This document shows, piece after piece, positions 36,392 to 50,663 of a DNA stretch of 64,000 nucleotides (its first letter is position 1; the number at the start of each line of letters is the position of its first letter). A program made the translations under genes and the position numbers. Source of the DNA: Paraphysomonas bandaiensis (lineage: Eukaryota > Protista > Chrysophyceae); assembly GCA_965644295.1 (NCBI GenBank), contig CBFFRP010000078.1, positions 186,001 through 250,000 of the forward strand, given 5' to 3'. The notes under the pieces were generated by a model. That model did not search any database and was not told the DNA's origin. It saw only the letters and a program-made list of their open reading frames with translations.

Positions 36392-39300
36392 ATGATGGAT
36401 AATAAATTAATATTTGAATTTCGTGTAGGAGGCTTCTATTCAGATAGTTCAATACAATCTATAGAAGATGATCAGACTATAGATTATAAGAAATCTAATG
36501 AGTATAATAAATGGTCAGTTAGTTCAATGATATCATCAATATGGGGGAAATCAGAGACCATATCACGACCATGGATGTATAGATTATCACAACGACATGT
36601 TGCATTATCTCCTGATGGAAATAGAGTTGCCTTACTTGATGTTCGTATATATGCATATTATATAGTGTTGTAAGTTCACGTTTCTTGTTCAGGTGGGTAC
36701 GATATCAGTCTTGTCATATGACAGAGAAGAAATTCATCAAAGTGATCTTCCTGCTGCATTTCAACAAAATCCTCGGAATCGTAGCGTTGTGTGGTGTCCT
36801 CAGTCTGAACAAGTGGTTGTTCTCTCGGATGACGGCTCACTGTTGGTGCTCTCTTGCCAGTGCAGGGTGCATGGCTTTATCGCTCACTCCAGTATTGGCA
36901 AAGAATCTAGAGATAGAGTAAGCTTCTGCTTTCCATTTTCTATTCGAAATAGTGAGAATTTGTGGTGCATGGATATGCATCTTGTATGTGTGTCTGGTGA
37001 TATGGTGGCATTGCGCTGTGAATGGGAAGAAGACAATGAATCGTCGAGCGATATGACCGTGCAGGTACGTGTAGTAACCCTTGTTTTGGTCGTATTTTTT
37101 CACAGGGATGTTGTATTATCCCTACAGGTTATGTGCAGGTTTAAGGCTCCTACCCTGGTAACAGTTGATATCGCGTTATTCCTTCCCAATCGAAGTGCAA
37201 TACTTCTTCTGTTATCTTCTCGATCCGCCCAGCATGAAGGAGAGTTGCGGTATGTGCAGTACAAAGAGGCTGGAACTCCGCCTTCCATGTCTGTATCGTA
37301 CTCTATGTCGACAGGGTTTCTTGATCAATCGTTGTCCCTCATAGCGCCAGGGGCATCGTCAGCATTACCGTTCATTAGTGCTTCTTGTGACCCAACAGAA
37401 AGGTGAACAGATTTTGCAGTGATATGTTGCGCCATGTTTACATGTTTCTATTGTAAGAAAGTTATATAAATATGCCGGAAACGACATTGCGTACTCGCTT
37501 TTAGATCCTGTTTATTCGTTTGGTGTTTACTGGTGTATGTAGGTTGGTAATCGTGCTACATGCATCTGGCAAGGCCACCGTTCTGTGTTTGAGCACGAGC
37601 TCTGATTTGCCCTCTGTAAATGTTGTCTCTGAAATGATCGATATCCCTCTGGATTCGCACACTGATGATGAGCGAAGTGGAGAGGTGAATCGGACGATAT
37701 CTTCGCTTCATTTTTTGTCTCCCTCACAATTGATATGCCTAACGAACACTGGTGAGGTAAACACAGTACAGATTACTGTCTCCCTATCCGGTGGAGTTGC
37801 TATCACCTTGGCAGATGCTGATGCAGTACCACCGCCTTTGGGGCCATGTGTGTCTTCAGCAACTACTTTCTCATCAGCATTGATAAGCAAGAATTCTGAT
37901 GACGGCTGTAGAGTGCATAACGGTTTACTATCACGCGTTGCCATTATTCGTTCTGTTGACCATTGGACTTGTCAGCTGTTCACACTAACCTCTGTTTCAG
38001 CTGACAGGGCATTGAGAACTAAAATGAGGGAAGGTCTTTTCACTGCAGCCTACGAACTAGCGGATAGGGTTGGGGAGGATGCAGATACAGTGGCCATCGC
38101 AGAGTGGCAATACCAGTGCTCTCAGTACCACCACGTAACTTCAGATTGTCAATCAAATCTTTCAAAACACGGCATTGCTTCCTACCTAAAAAAGATTCGC
38201 TCTGATACGTTGGTCTTGAACGAAGTGAGAAAATTTGCGTCAGACGATGTCGGACTGTGGATAGTTGTGCTCGAAGAAGGTATGCGAAGAACGCAGTGCG
38301 CTGCAGAGACAATTATGCAAATCCTAAAGAAGAGCAGCCGCAGTTTTTCTGGTCTCATGGATGACAGTGCACGTGAAAGTTTTATGGAGGAGCTCAGAAA
38401 CACACTCCGTGAAAGTGATGTTGCTATGGATATTGACACTCTGCGCCAGCGCATCGAGTTTCGACAAAGCTTTGTGCACCGTCTCCTGAGGATCACAACC
38501 TATATGACCCTGAAAGAATTCGATGTAGACTTTATTGCTATGGCAACTTATATTAAGAAATTTTGTGTGCAAGATTTGTTTGGTGAATATTCTCAATTCG
38601 GTGCGATGGAGTATGCAGATGATGGTCTACATACACTGATGATGTTACCAATAGTATCAGTAGCGAAATATTTGGCGGCACACTGTTTGGTGCTTGAACT
38701 TAAGGCTCTTCTTTCTCTTCATCCACGCGTGTTGCTGCCCAAGTGGTTTGAAATTCTCTCAGTTATTCCTGTATCTTGTCGTCCATTTGATTACTCCAGT
38801 CTGATTCCCATTCCTATTGATGATTCAGTTGATCAAGAGCTGAGTGGACTATTGCGTGTATATACTATTGACGATGAGGCATTTCAGGTTCCTCCAAAAG
38901 TAGTCCCCATAGTCGATTTTTATGATAATAGTGATGATCACGGTATAGGCTTCGTATACAGTGCCCCTCACGTCAGTGTACAAGATGTATCTTGTTGGCG
39001 CTGCGTGCATAATTTGTTTAGTGAAAGTGACAAACTGGTACCAGAACGTGAAAGAGAGAACACAATCAAACATATATATAGCTGGAGTAGTATTGCTAAC
39101 TGGTGTGTTAGTCGGATATGGCACATGGAAATGTACGGACAATCCTCGTGCTCGTTGAGCCTACTCAGTGTGTGCCTTGACCGTTTACTATGTCAAGATC
39201 CTCGCGCTGCAGCGTGTGGTGAACAACTTGGATTACTGAATGAGCTTAGAAATCACTTAGCGGTGTATTGTGAACTACTGTATAAAAATATGTTGGATCA

Positions 39301-42300
39301 AAATTTAAGTTTTGCGGAGTGGGCACTGCTTCCGTTGGAAAGTAGAATACGCGATATGCTGCGACGATGCATTCAAAATTCAGTTGGAGGTGTTGATGAT
39401 ATGGATTTTCGTCGTCTTATTTCCTCTATCATTAATCCCATGATAAGTGGGAAAGAGAAATTGTTTTCGAATTATCCCTGCACTGAATTTTTGGCCAATG
39501 TGTGTATGTTTGGGTTGGATGAGTCGGACCCACGACATAAATATGGTTCACAGTTTTATGCAAGTTCAACTAACTTGCCCCCTGCGTTTCAAACCGTTAT
39601 TGATGGAGTAGCTCCTCGAGACTGGATGGGATGTTTGGTGAAAGAGCTTGCAGATGTGGTGGATATCTCGGAATACAAAGATATTGCAATGGAAAATATA
39701 TGTCAAGTAGCTGAAGATAGCTTGCACACCATGGATCGAGAGGACAGATGTATACGAGATACCGAACGAATTATTCAGCTTGTTGTCAAGGCATGCAGGC
39801 AATATGACGATATTGGACGTGGCTTAGCATTTATGTGGCGATTAATAGAAAGTACCCCAGCGCCTGAAACTTCTATGTATACACATTCAACGGAGTCTGT
39901 AATGAAAGAACTGGACAGCATTCAAAATGCACTGTCAGCATGTGAGATAATTAAAGAGTACATCTTCGATAAACCGATGCCAAGCCTTAGCGTACTTCTT
40001 CCAGTTACCAGTCGACACAAGACTATGAGACGCCAATACACGCGAACACTTCTGTCTGGGGTTGGTGGTTTTGCTACAGGCCTAGAGCCGTTACTTACCA
40101 GTACTGATAGTGATACGTCCGACCCGACATACATACCCCTACAACTAGAGCATGCCGTTGTGCTTTGTTTTTGTGAACGCGTTGTCAGTAATGCAGCCGA
40201 TGCAGGTTGGTTAAAGCTATTGTCGGATGCAATGGAAATAAAGAAATTCTTATTTCCAACGCTTTCTCTTGTTTGGGTCAGCAATGTTGTCCTTCAAGGC
40301 ATTTTGCACTGTCATCGAAGTGATATGTTTGTTCAAATTGCAACTGAGATATGTAATCCATTGTCCAGAATAATGAATACTTCTGCGAAGAAAGGCCCGA
40401 GTTTATCACAAAAAATCGTCGATTTCGGTGTCACTCCACAGCATGTGCGCCATATTGTAATGCAGAAAGCGCGAGAGGCCTTTAACTCTGCTTCGTCCTG
40501 TGCCGATATGGAAATTCTGGAAGCACTGCGCATTGTCAGCATAACTATACCTGTAGCACGAGAGAATACCCACTTTTCTGCTGAAAATCATATCGACGAT
40601 GACTTAGTTCAGGAGAGGAATCTGTTAGATGTTGTGAATTTTATTGCAATGTTAGGAGTTGAGTTGGTAGACTTTGTTCCTCTTCAGTTGAGGGCTGTGC
40701 ATCCTGTAGATGCTGCCAAGTATATATTGAAGAAAGTACCCAATGCTTACAATTTGCTTGAAGACGGTACCTACTTGGACCAGACTAGTGCTGATGATAT
40801 GTCACTGATGGGTGAGAGTGGAGGTGGAGAAGGTGAAGAAAGCGAAGATATAGAGGATGCGGTCATGAGACAGTGTAGACTCAGTACCCGTCCTCGTCCT
40901 GGGCAATACTTCATAAACACAATGATGAAATTGCCTGAGAGTCGAGGTGAATTTACCTGCCGGATAGGACTTTTTGAGGCCGTTATTGAGGCGGCTATGC
41001 TTCGTGGTGAGGTCTTCGATGCTGTGGATGTGTCGACCTCTTTGCTTGATGTGTGTCAAGGACAGACATACTTCGGACACGGCATAGAAGAACGCATTGT
41101 ATATGCTGTGTCTCAAGTCATCACTGGGCTGTCTAAAGAGTTGCCAATTCAGAGTGTACTTCATATTGAACGAACGTGCGGAAGCACCATTACCGACTTA
41201 AAGCGAAATATATGTTTCTCGTTAGTGAGTAAGTGCCCCAGTCGCGGTTTGTTAGCAGCCTGCAACTTGTGGGAAGAGTGCTTACGCTCTGAAGGCATAT
41301 TGCCTGTTTCTCCGCGTGTATCAAACGGAAACGATGAAGTTAAGACTTGTGAAGAAACTACAACCGAAGAAATGCAGAGCTGTCAGTATTTAGAAGCGGC
41401 CCGAACTTCTCTTCTTCGAGTGATTGGAGATGTGCTGTACCATCCGACTGGAGTATGCGCTCTCCGGGCTTCATTGTCCGCACCATTTGATATCGTGGCC
41501 AGTGCGTGCTCTTACGGGGAATTGTCATCGATCATAGGATACCTCATGTTAGTCGAAGACCAGGATTCTGTTAATAGTATGTTCCACTCTATCCTTCGTG
41601 ATCTGAAGCAGAAAATTGCGAAATGCATTAAAGTTTCGGGCAAGAAAGTTTCTAGTTTTGAAAATAACGTAACTCCAGATGAAGGGTTGGTTGAGCAAAT
41701 TGAAACCATGGGATTTAGTCGAAACGGTGCAAAGCGTGCAGTGATTGCAACAAGAAATGAGTCGATGGAGTCCGCGCTGAGGTGGGCGATACAGCACGCT
41801 CAAGAGAACGATTTTGATGACCCCGTCACGTCCACATCTGTTGTCGGTGCCCTTCTACCTGATGATCCTAAACCAGCAATGGCTCTTGCAGACTTGAACC
41901 GAGCAGCAGAAATTGTGTCGAATTTAGCTAATACTTACATATCGGTTTGTGGGAATAAAGTCGCATTAGACTGTGTGGATGTGTTCGATTCACATGCCGT
42001 GTGTCCGGACCCAGATGTCATCGAAGCCCCAACTTCCCTTTCAAGTAAGTTAGTTATTAACTTCTGTATGCACAGTGATTGTAATGGCGTTGTACTAGGT
42101 TCTGATTTTGAACCTAACGTGGGTGTGTCTGCTCCTACTTCCACGGAGAGTGCAACGAATCGATTTGCGGATCAGATTAAGGAATCTACAGTTAGTACTG
42201 CGGATTCAGAGACCTCTGTTTCTGAAGGTGACGTGTTACCCCAAGTCAATGTGATAGAAACATCGTGCTATTTAGAGAGAGATTCCGATAATTGTCAAAG

Positions 42301-45300
42301 CGTTAATACTGGAACCATGAAACACCCTGTCGATATTCCATTGCCGACAGTAGTGGATCCCTTCATTGAGAGCCAAGCATGTGGGGTTCAGAGTGGCACG
42401 TCTGTCCAGTCTTCCCACTATATGGTTGGAACTGAAACCGAGAAAGCTGACGAATACTGTGCAATTACTGGAGCGACTTCTAGTGATGAACTGCGTTGTC
42501 GATATGATTCCGATAGTACGTTCCCTTCTGATGAAGTGGGTGCCATTGCGAAGGATGTATTACATTTAGGAGAAACCAATGAAGATGAATCCGATGATTT
42601 GAAAGTCCAGGATAGACCAGTTGAACTGATAGCAATTGAGAGTGTGACAAATAGGAGTGACAAGAAAGATACAGTTGACGTACCAGGCTCAGTGTTGGCT
42701 CTACTTGCGAAGGCCACATCTGCTGTGGACCGTATGAGCGAAAAGATAGCCAAGGCAGAGGCTTTGGTACACTGTGGCGTTAGTCCGATGGAGCTAGCTC
42801 AAGGTATAGTATTTACAGGCGATGCTTCGCTTCAAGACATCGTCGACGAAGATATGGACGACTCAGGCGTGAGTGCGCGGAAGCAGCTATCGAATATTAT
42901 CGAAGACGATCTTGTCCCGTTGTTAGACGCACTCGTAAGCCATCGCAGTGACCATGCATTTAATTTTGTCATAGATATTGTCAATGACATCCCACTGACC
43001 ACCCTTAGACTTGTTACTGATATTATGACTGCGAATATATCTCATGAGTATAAAGCACTCAGTGAAATTGTTGCGAATCTTACGCTATTTTATGACAACG
43101 AGTATCTACGCCGACTTGAGGAAAGCTATGAACAAGTGTCATCGTCTCATGACGACACACAGCGGGCGGTACATGCTCTGACATTAGTGTTAGCCGAAAG
43201 GAGATTTTCTCGTTTATTCTACTGTGTATGCGATGGTTCCGTGGATGCGTCTAAAACCACTGCGTATCCTGTACTGGACGTGAAGAATGAGGCAATATAC
43301 AAGTTTATTCATGTGTTTTCGAGAACACCATTGAGGTAATATACGTATGCGATGTTTATTGGACTGACATATACAGCACAGGCTGCTGAACTTGCTTAGG
43401 GCTGCGTATATTGCTACCCCAGGTGTATGTGCAGATAATTTAGAAGTGATCAAGCGGTGTGTTATTGAGTTGTTTGGATTTCACACCATTGGTGGAGATA
43501 ATGATATGGAGTCGACATCGATGAGTAGAGATCGCAAACAAACAATTAAACAGCAATTATTGGATGATATTGCTGCTATTCGACGTATTAAACGCATACA
43601 GACAAATGAAGGTGTTGACGTCAAGAAGCTCCTTCTCTCAGGTATTTTTGCGCAGCCTTTAGAATATATTCCGCGTAATGTCTTGTGTACAAGATGAAAT
43701 TCTACCATCGTCTTTTTTCGTCCACGAAAGTGACAATAGCAAAACACGTCGCATGATTGCGTTGAAAGAAATTTCGCGTCATCTCGCAGCTGACACGATA
43801 TCTCCCTGGAATCGAGCTGTGGGAAGGTAGTTAGCGCTTGTTTTTTTCTGGTTTTTAAGCTGTTATCTATACATAGGTTGTTGGATACAGGACCTTCAGA
43901 GCTCGGATTTTACTTTTGCCTCTCGAAGCTTCTTGTCTTGCATTGGTCTATATCGAATAAAACTCCTGATAGCGAATGTCTTAACACATTATCTGAGGAG
44001 TATTTACAGACAATTGGTTCTATTGTGCAGAAATTGAGACCCGAATACATCCGAGTACTGTCACTTGCTGTAATTTCTGTTGATCCCCGTTCCGAAGGTA
44101 TTGAATTGCTGCCGTACAAATACATTGAGGATGAACAAGTGGCTGATTTCGATGTGGGTATCGGTAGTGATGTGGCTGAGCATATTTTGTGTGGTATCCT
44201 GTCAACTGTTAAGATGAGTGATTCGGTGGGAGGATCTGATCGCAGTAGACCATCTAGAGGAATAACTAAACCAAAGGGACTCTTGGTATCATCAGTTGAT
44301 AGCACAGAATCCTCTGAAAATGATAAAAGTAGACAATGCTTGACTGAATATTTGTTATCTGTGATTGCTTTCAATAAAATATTACAGTGTTTACCTCCAT
44401 CGTTACATAAAGAAACGCGGCGAGCGTACAACGATATTCAATCTGCAGCAGATTTGATTCAGGGATGCTTATTATCGTCTGAGGTGGACTGTGAGACAAT
44501 ATGTACTGTTGTTGAGCAGTTAAATGCGCACTCGACTCAGAGGTTTCGAGAACCTATCCTTGTAACTCCAATTGCGACAGCTTTTATATCGAACATGGTT
44601 ACAGTTCAAGAACAAACAGAATCTTCTAAATTTGAACATGCTGATATTGTTAATCGTTTTAGGAAAATAAACGTACTCATCGCCGAACACAACCGTGATA
44701 AGTTTTGGCGCAGTTACGCTGCGACTTTATGTTCATTGAATGATGATTGCGGATTCGACAGACAAGAGTATCTTGAAATGTTGATTTATAGGTCACAACT
44801 TGCCAGTGCGCTTCAAAATGTTTACCCGTCTGCTATAGACGTTTCTATGCTGCGTTATTTTGAAGTCAACATATATCTTCTATCGGGGCATGTGTTTCGT
44901 AACTTACAACTACTGTGTCAATCGACAGCTGATTGTCAGTTAAGTGTTGGAGTAGTTCCACTGCAATTAAATCGTTTCGAGAACATAAAAACGAGATGTG
45001 ATATTGTGTCTGACCTGGTGGACCATGTATGGAGTATTCATCATAATGAGAGTGTGCAGAAATGTGAGATTAAAATTGTTGTTCGCGTCATGCGGCTGTT
45101 GCGGCTAAATCCCTCCACTGATAATACAGTAAAAGACACGATTGAGAGGTGGTCACAGAATGATATGACGAGTACTACTCAAGATTTATTTTCTGAGGAA
45201 ACGTCAACTGATTTTGAGTTGTTTCCTTTTTATCTTAGGATTTTAGAGCTGTGCTCCTCTGCGGGATATTGGGAATGCTTTGTGGACGTGTTGTTGCGCG

Positions 45301-46086
45301 ATATGTTTCCTTGTGCCCCGCAGGGAAGTGAGCAGGATAGGATACTGGCTGTTGCCGCACTCATTGAGAGTTTTTCTCCTGTGCTTGTAGCCACGGTAAT
45401 TGTATGAGTTTTGAAAGAAATGCTGCTAAACGTTATTTATGTCCAGATACGCATCTTGCTTAATAGGATATGCCAAGGCTGTAAAGATGTTAACTCTTTG
45501 AATAAAGAATTTGAAGAGTGCTTAGATATATTGAATGACAACTCTCTAAATGGACTTGATGACTTTGTCGTATTCGTCATATTATTCTGTCGTGTCCCTG
45601 TACATATGTACGTGCCAATAAAAACTATTTATCCACTTGTTGTTGGCCGATCAATGGATTGGCTGCATAACAGGTAAATATTGTGATGTGTTTCTGAGTA
45701 ATAACTCACTGTACGTTCCCAGAGTAAGCACTCTTTCGGAGGAAGGTGTGGTCGAAATGCAGTCCTACCACGACGGATCACGATGCATTGCAGACTTCGT
45801 GCTTGAATTAGGTTCTCCCACTCGGTGCCCAGCACTCGCATTTCTGTTGTCGCCACTCGCTCTCACACTGTCTCTCATTGAAGTTCATCACTACAGTGAA
45901 GCCGCCCATTTGTACTGGGCTCTGGCGGCTCTACCATCAGCTGCATTTCGAAACGAGCATGCCTACCATATCATGGAAAGCAATCTAGTGACAACGTCGC
46001 GACCTAAACTTCCTTTCTACTTTTCATGCCTACCAGAGGTAAGCGAGGGGAGCTATGGATGGGGCCAATTGTGGGCCACTAGTTGA
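36392..46086 (+). CDS. NBAS: NBAS/Sec39-like ER tethering protein with an internal UBA domain, multi-exon, roughly 3000 aa
   Basis: N-terminal propeller-like ALSPDGNRVALL, then NBAS-like blocks AYELADRVGEDADTVAIAEW..YLKKI, LLRITTY, IVSVAKYLA..LLPKWFEILSVIPVSCRPFDYSSLIP, IANWCVSRIWHME..GQSSCSLSLL and AREAFNSASS. Built from ORFs 36392, 36693, 37520, 43392, 43878, 45411 and 45637 joined by short introns; C-terminal joins are approximate. Confidence 0.8.
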
Positions 46087-46544
46087 GTTTGATAGGGATA
46101 TAAGTCTATGTGTACTAAGCATAAACTATCCATAGAGTGTAAATATAAATATGTATATTGTGAACACAAGTTGTGTTTTAGACATGTTAGAATCGAAAAA
46201 ATAAAGTACGGAAGTACCCAGGGCTAGGAAACAATATATTGCAATACTATTGTTAGAGAGCGTTCCATCAATACTATCGATGGAGATTTTAAACAGGCCC
46301 AACAATACAAGTACAATATATTGCAATTCAATATATTGTTTCCTATCCCTGGAAAGTACGTATACAGACGAAAGACGAAAGGTATTACAATCTAATTTAT
46401 ATCTATAATTTTGGCCAGTAAACAATGTGATTACGATGAGGGGGGGTAATACGTTTGCCCTACTGATACTCACTAGTTGATGTAAGCACATATATTTAGC
46501 TACAACCATAAAAACAGTGTCAACTGAACCTCGCCCACGTGTCT

Positions 46545-46650
46545 CAGTTAGTTATTGGTAGAAGTTTAGTTAGCGTGACTAGTTTTCCTTTAGCTACTTA
46601 TCTGGTGCGAATTCTTGACGCCTATTGCTAATAATAAGACTTTGATATAT
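46545..46650. repeat. Partial copy of the dispersed repeat at 16700-16810
   Basis: TTAGTTATTGGTAGAAGTTTAG...GACGCCTATTGCTAATAATAAGAC resembles TTAGTTACGGGTAGAGGTCTAA...AACGCCTATTGCTAAATAATTAGAC. Confidence 0.55.
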
Positions 46651-47549
46651 ATATTTTGCATCATATTGCAATAAAATATATTGTTACCGAACCCTGATAT
46701 ATGGTGCCACCTAAAATACTCCAGGCGACATCCACCCCAAGAATTCTATCCTCTCAAGAGTCCGAACCCGACAGAGGCAAGCGCAACCACTCCGGAAACA
46801 ACTTCTCCTTACTTATGACCGAAACCCCACCATCTCCGCCACCGACTTACACTCTCATATACATCTCGCCCCATCCACTCCTCACATAACCCATGGCACA
46901 GGCCCGCCAGACACATTGCCAAAACGTAGACCCCCCGACTAACCTCACTACAAGGGACGGTTGCACCATGGTGCTCGCAGCGATGCACAAGCAGTCCCGA
47001 GACGGTTGCCCGCCACTAGTAGTATAGCAATTCCAGTCATTAGTCAGTCTATAGATGTAAAACTAGTTTCTGTACACAACCGTTCTCATGTACTAATCAG
47101 CAGACACTCTTTTATATGGTGCACTATGAGTAATGAGTACTAGCCGTACTAGCTAACCCTCAGATTGAAATGTTGGAAGAATGTAATAATGACTCAATAT
47201 AAGTGAAAGTTGGTAACTTTATATTATTATATTGTCATTAGCCCATTGCGTAAATAGCAACTGCTAAGTCGCAAGCAGCCACTAGCTAAGACAATCAAGA
47301 GCACCAATGTAATAGATTACATGACAAGATCTGCACATCAACACACTTCTGACTTAGCATATCTCTTTCAGAGATTACAACACGTAAAAATCACTAAAGG
47401 TACCATTCACTTACAAAACAATCTGAAAAAAAACACACAATGTGATTGAAAGAAATTCTATATCATGGTACTGGTACACATACTTATCAATATATACATA
47501 TGCAGCTGTTTGGAAGGGAAAACTACAACTATCTTTATATGGAAAGAAC

Positions 47550-50500
47550 CTACACATCAGCATACCGCACAGGCTTCTTGCACTTTGGGCTATATTGCTT
47601 CTTTGTCCTCGGACTGGTCTTGACAACAGTTCCATATCCTACTCCAGTAGAGCACTTCATTTCCGCAGAAAGCTTTTGCTTCTCCCGTCCTGAAACACTT
47701 GCTATATGTTTATTTTGTCTGCTGTGCGGGGACGGAGTCGCTGGTGGAGGTGGCTGCGGAGGCTTCGCGATTTCACTAGAAGTCCCGGAGCCACCGAGGT
47801 CTCTACCACTATGTTGCGCCACTTGCACATGTTTATTTTGTCTGCTGTACGGGGACGGAGTTGCTGGTGGAGGTGGCTGTGGAGGCTTCGAGGTTTCACT
47901 AGAAGTCCCGGAGCCACCGAGGTCTCTACCACTATGTTGCGCCGCCTGCACATGTTTATTTTGTCTGCTGTACGGGGACGGAGTTGCTGGTGGAGGTGGC
48001 TGTGGAGGTTTCGCGATTTCACTAGAAACCCCGGAATCACCGAGGTCGCTACCACTATGTTGCGCCACTTGCTCATGTTGATTTCTTCCTGCAACACTTG
48101 CTATATGTTTATTTTGTCTGCTGTGCGGGGACGGAGTCGCTGGTGGAGGTGGCTGTGGAGGCTTCGCGATTTCACTAGAAGTCCCGGAGCCACCGAGGTC
48201 TCTACCACTATGTTGTGCCACTTGCACATGTTTATTTTGTCTACTGTACGGGGACGGAGTTGCTGGTGGAGGTGGTTGTGGAGGTTTCGCGATTTCACTA
48301 GTCCCATTATTAAAGCCGTCAACATGACTACGTGATGCGTGAGAAGTATGAGAAGATGTGTTAATTCGAGGTGGAGGAGGTCGCGGCGGAGGGGGTGCGG
48401 ACTGACTCCTCGTCAAAGGTTGCGGTAGAGCTACACCGTTACGCCTTCCCGTACGGTGGGTTGCTGCTTCATAGGGCGCAGCCCGTAGAACGGTATACAC
48501 TGGATGGCGGAGACGGTACTCCGGCAACGTGCCGCGGTCCCTTTCATGCAGCATCTGGTGAAACTTTTTTTCTACACGGTGCCGCCACTCCTCTTTGACT
48601 CCATTGGGATCATGCTCATTTGGATACTTCTCTGGTAAAACAGCAAAAATTGCCCCCGTCTCAACTATGTCGAGGTTCTGCCCTTTCGTGCAGTATGGGC
48701 CACGCACCTCACTATCTGTGAGATTGAGAATCTCAGAAGATTTCAATTGAATTATCCATAGACTTCGTTTTTTAAGAATTCTTTCGGCAATACAGTCTGC
48801 CATTCCTCTATTGTCTATTAGCTCATCCTCAGTTACAGTAAATACGTCAGATGGAACAATATTGCGCATAGTCTGTAAACATTCCAGGGCGTATGGCATA
48901 ACCTGACTCCTCCAAGCCTCCTTTTTTTCTTCATGGGTTGCCGCCCTTTTGATGGTCCCTCTGCTACTTACAGCCTTAGTTTCCAAAAGGCCAGACGCAT
49001 GCTCGCCGTATGCTGTACTTTTGGACTTATCTGAAATAATTTCAGCGTTGTTCCTCATTTTCTGGGTACTGTACTGCTCTACTTTGCGTTCTTTGGGTGA
49101 TATTTGATTAATATAGGCTCTGTTCATGTCTATCCTGTGTTGAATTCGGGCTAACTTGTTTTCAAGAAGCGGTTTAATTAGCTCACTCTTTACTTTCTCG
49201 TACGACTCACGAATCATCTCATCAGTGTTAGTACTGCTTCCACCCGCTGCATATATAACCCCATCCACACTTCTCAAACGCAAACGTATCTCCGAAGCCT
49301 CCTTCATTAGTTCTTCGTTTTCAATTGCAACCTGAGAACAATCGGCGCTTACGACACACTGGAAACCGTGCTGATCTTCACTGTTGTATAGCTCCAAGTC
49401 TGTTACCAAATATATTACTCGTGGCTATAAAAATTGTGTCATACGACCGCGGAAGACACACACATACAGCATATCTGGTGAACATGCACCCCACACAAGC
49501 AGTAGTCGAAATCACACTCATATACAGCTATACATAATCATGCTCATATATAGCTATACACACACTCATCTACAGCTACACACCCACACATAAACAGCTA
49601 TACACATCCTCATATATACACACTCACCTACAACTATACATACCCATCTTCATATATACACACTCATATACAGCTATATACGCACTCATCTATAGCTATA
49701 CACGCACTCATCTACAGCTATACATACACACTCATCCACAGCTATATACACACTCTCATCTACAGCTATGCACACACCCATATACAGCTATACACATTCT
49801 CATATACACACACTCACCTAAAACTATACATACACATCTTCATATATACACACTCATATACAGCTGTACACACTCATCTACAGCTATACACATCCTCATA
49901 TACACACAGTCATCTACAGCTATACATACACTCATATACATCTATACACACTCATCTACAACTATACATACACTCATATACATCTATACACACTCATCTA
50001 CAACTATACATACACTCATATACATCTATACACACTCATCTACAACTATACATACACTCATATACATCTATACACACTCATCTACAACTATACATACACT
50101 CATATACATCTATACACACTCATCTACAACTATACATAATCAACAAGCTTAATAATATCAATCATACCTTTTAAATCTTGTAAGACATCATTCCATTGTA
50201 CAGAATACACATATTCCTACATACCAAGCACTTAATCAGTTCTTCATCTCAATTACATTAAGTTACAAACCATCACACTTGTTTGATTATTAGTTTGTCC
50301 AAGTAATAAAACAAATTTCTTTGCTTCATCCATCGAATCAAAGACAATATCCATATTACGTGAATCTATATGAGTTGATAATATCATTGATATACCATAA
50401 GGATTTTTACATCCTGATTTCTTTATATTCCCATCTGGTCCTCTACTTAAAGTGATATCTGCTATATGTAAATATCCTTTAGGTATATGTGTAATATGAT

Positions 50501-50663
50501 CAAAATACAGTAATGTATTATCATCTTTAATAAAATATGAACGTTGTCTCCATGACCATAATTGAGAACCTTTTTTACGAAATGTTCCACCTCCAATAAT
50601 TTCAGTTTTTTTATTTGTATATTTTTCAAAATATTCTTTTAATGATGCTTGTCGTTTGAGCAT
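47550..50663 (-). CDS. PH-domain protein with a central globular region and C-terminal proline-rich repeats, 3 exons
   Basis: Exon 1 is PH-like (GTFRKKGSQLWSWRQRSYF..LLYFD..PKGYLHI). A short exon EYVYSVQWNDVLQDLK ends in phase 1 and joins a phase-1 acceptor (ACAG|ACTTG, ~49400) into the 619-aa ORF. Confidence 0.65.
47690..48305 (-). repeat. Coding tandem repeat, 5 copies of a 123-bp unit (SEIAKPPQPPPPATPSPYSRQNKHVQVAQHSGRDLGGSGTS)
   Basis: Near-identical units are directly visible in the DNA and in the ORF translation. Confidence 0.95.
49510..50140. repeat. Intronic CA/TA-rich minisatellite: about 5 near-perfect 42-bp units at 49921-50137, degenerate upstream
   Basis: Unit TATACATACACTCATATACATC+TATACACACTCATCTACAAC. 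Confidence 0.9.

Noticed and set aside
47446-48335. Plus-strand Cys/Trp-rich repeat ORFs
   Set aside because: They are antisense readings of the proline-rich coding repeat on the minus strand.
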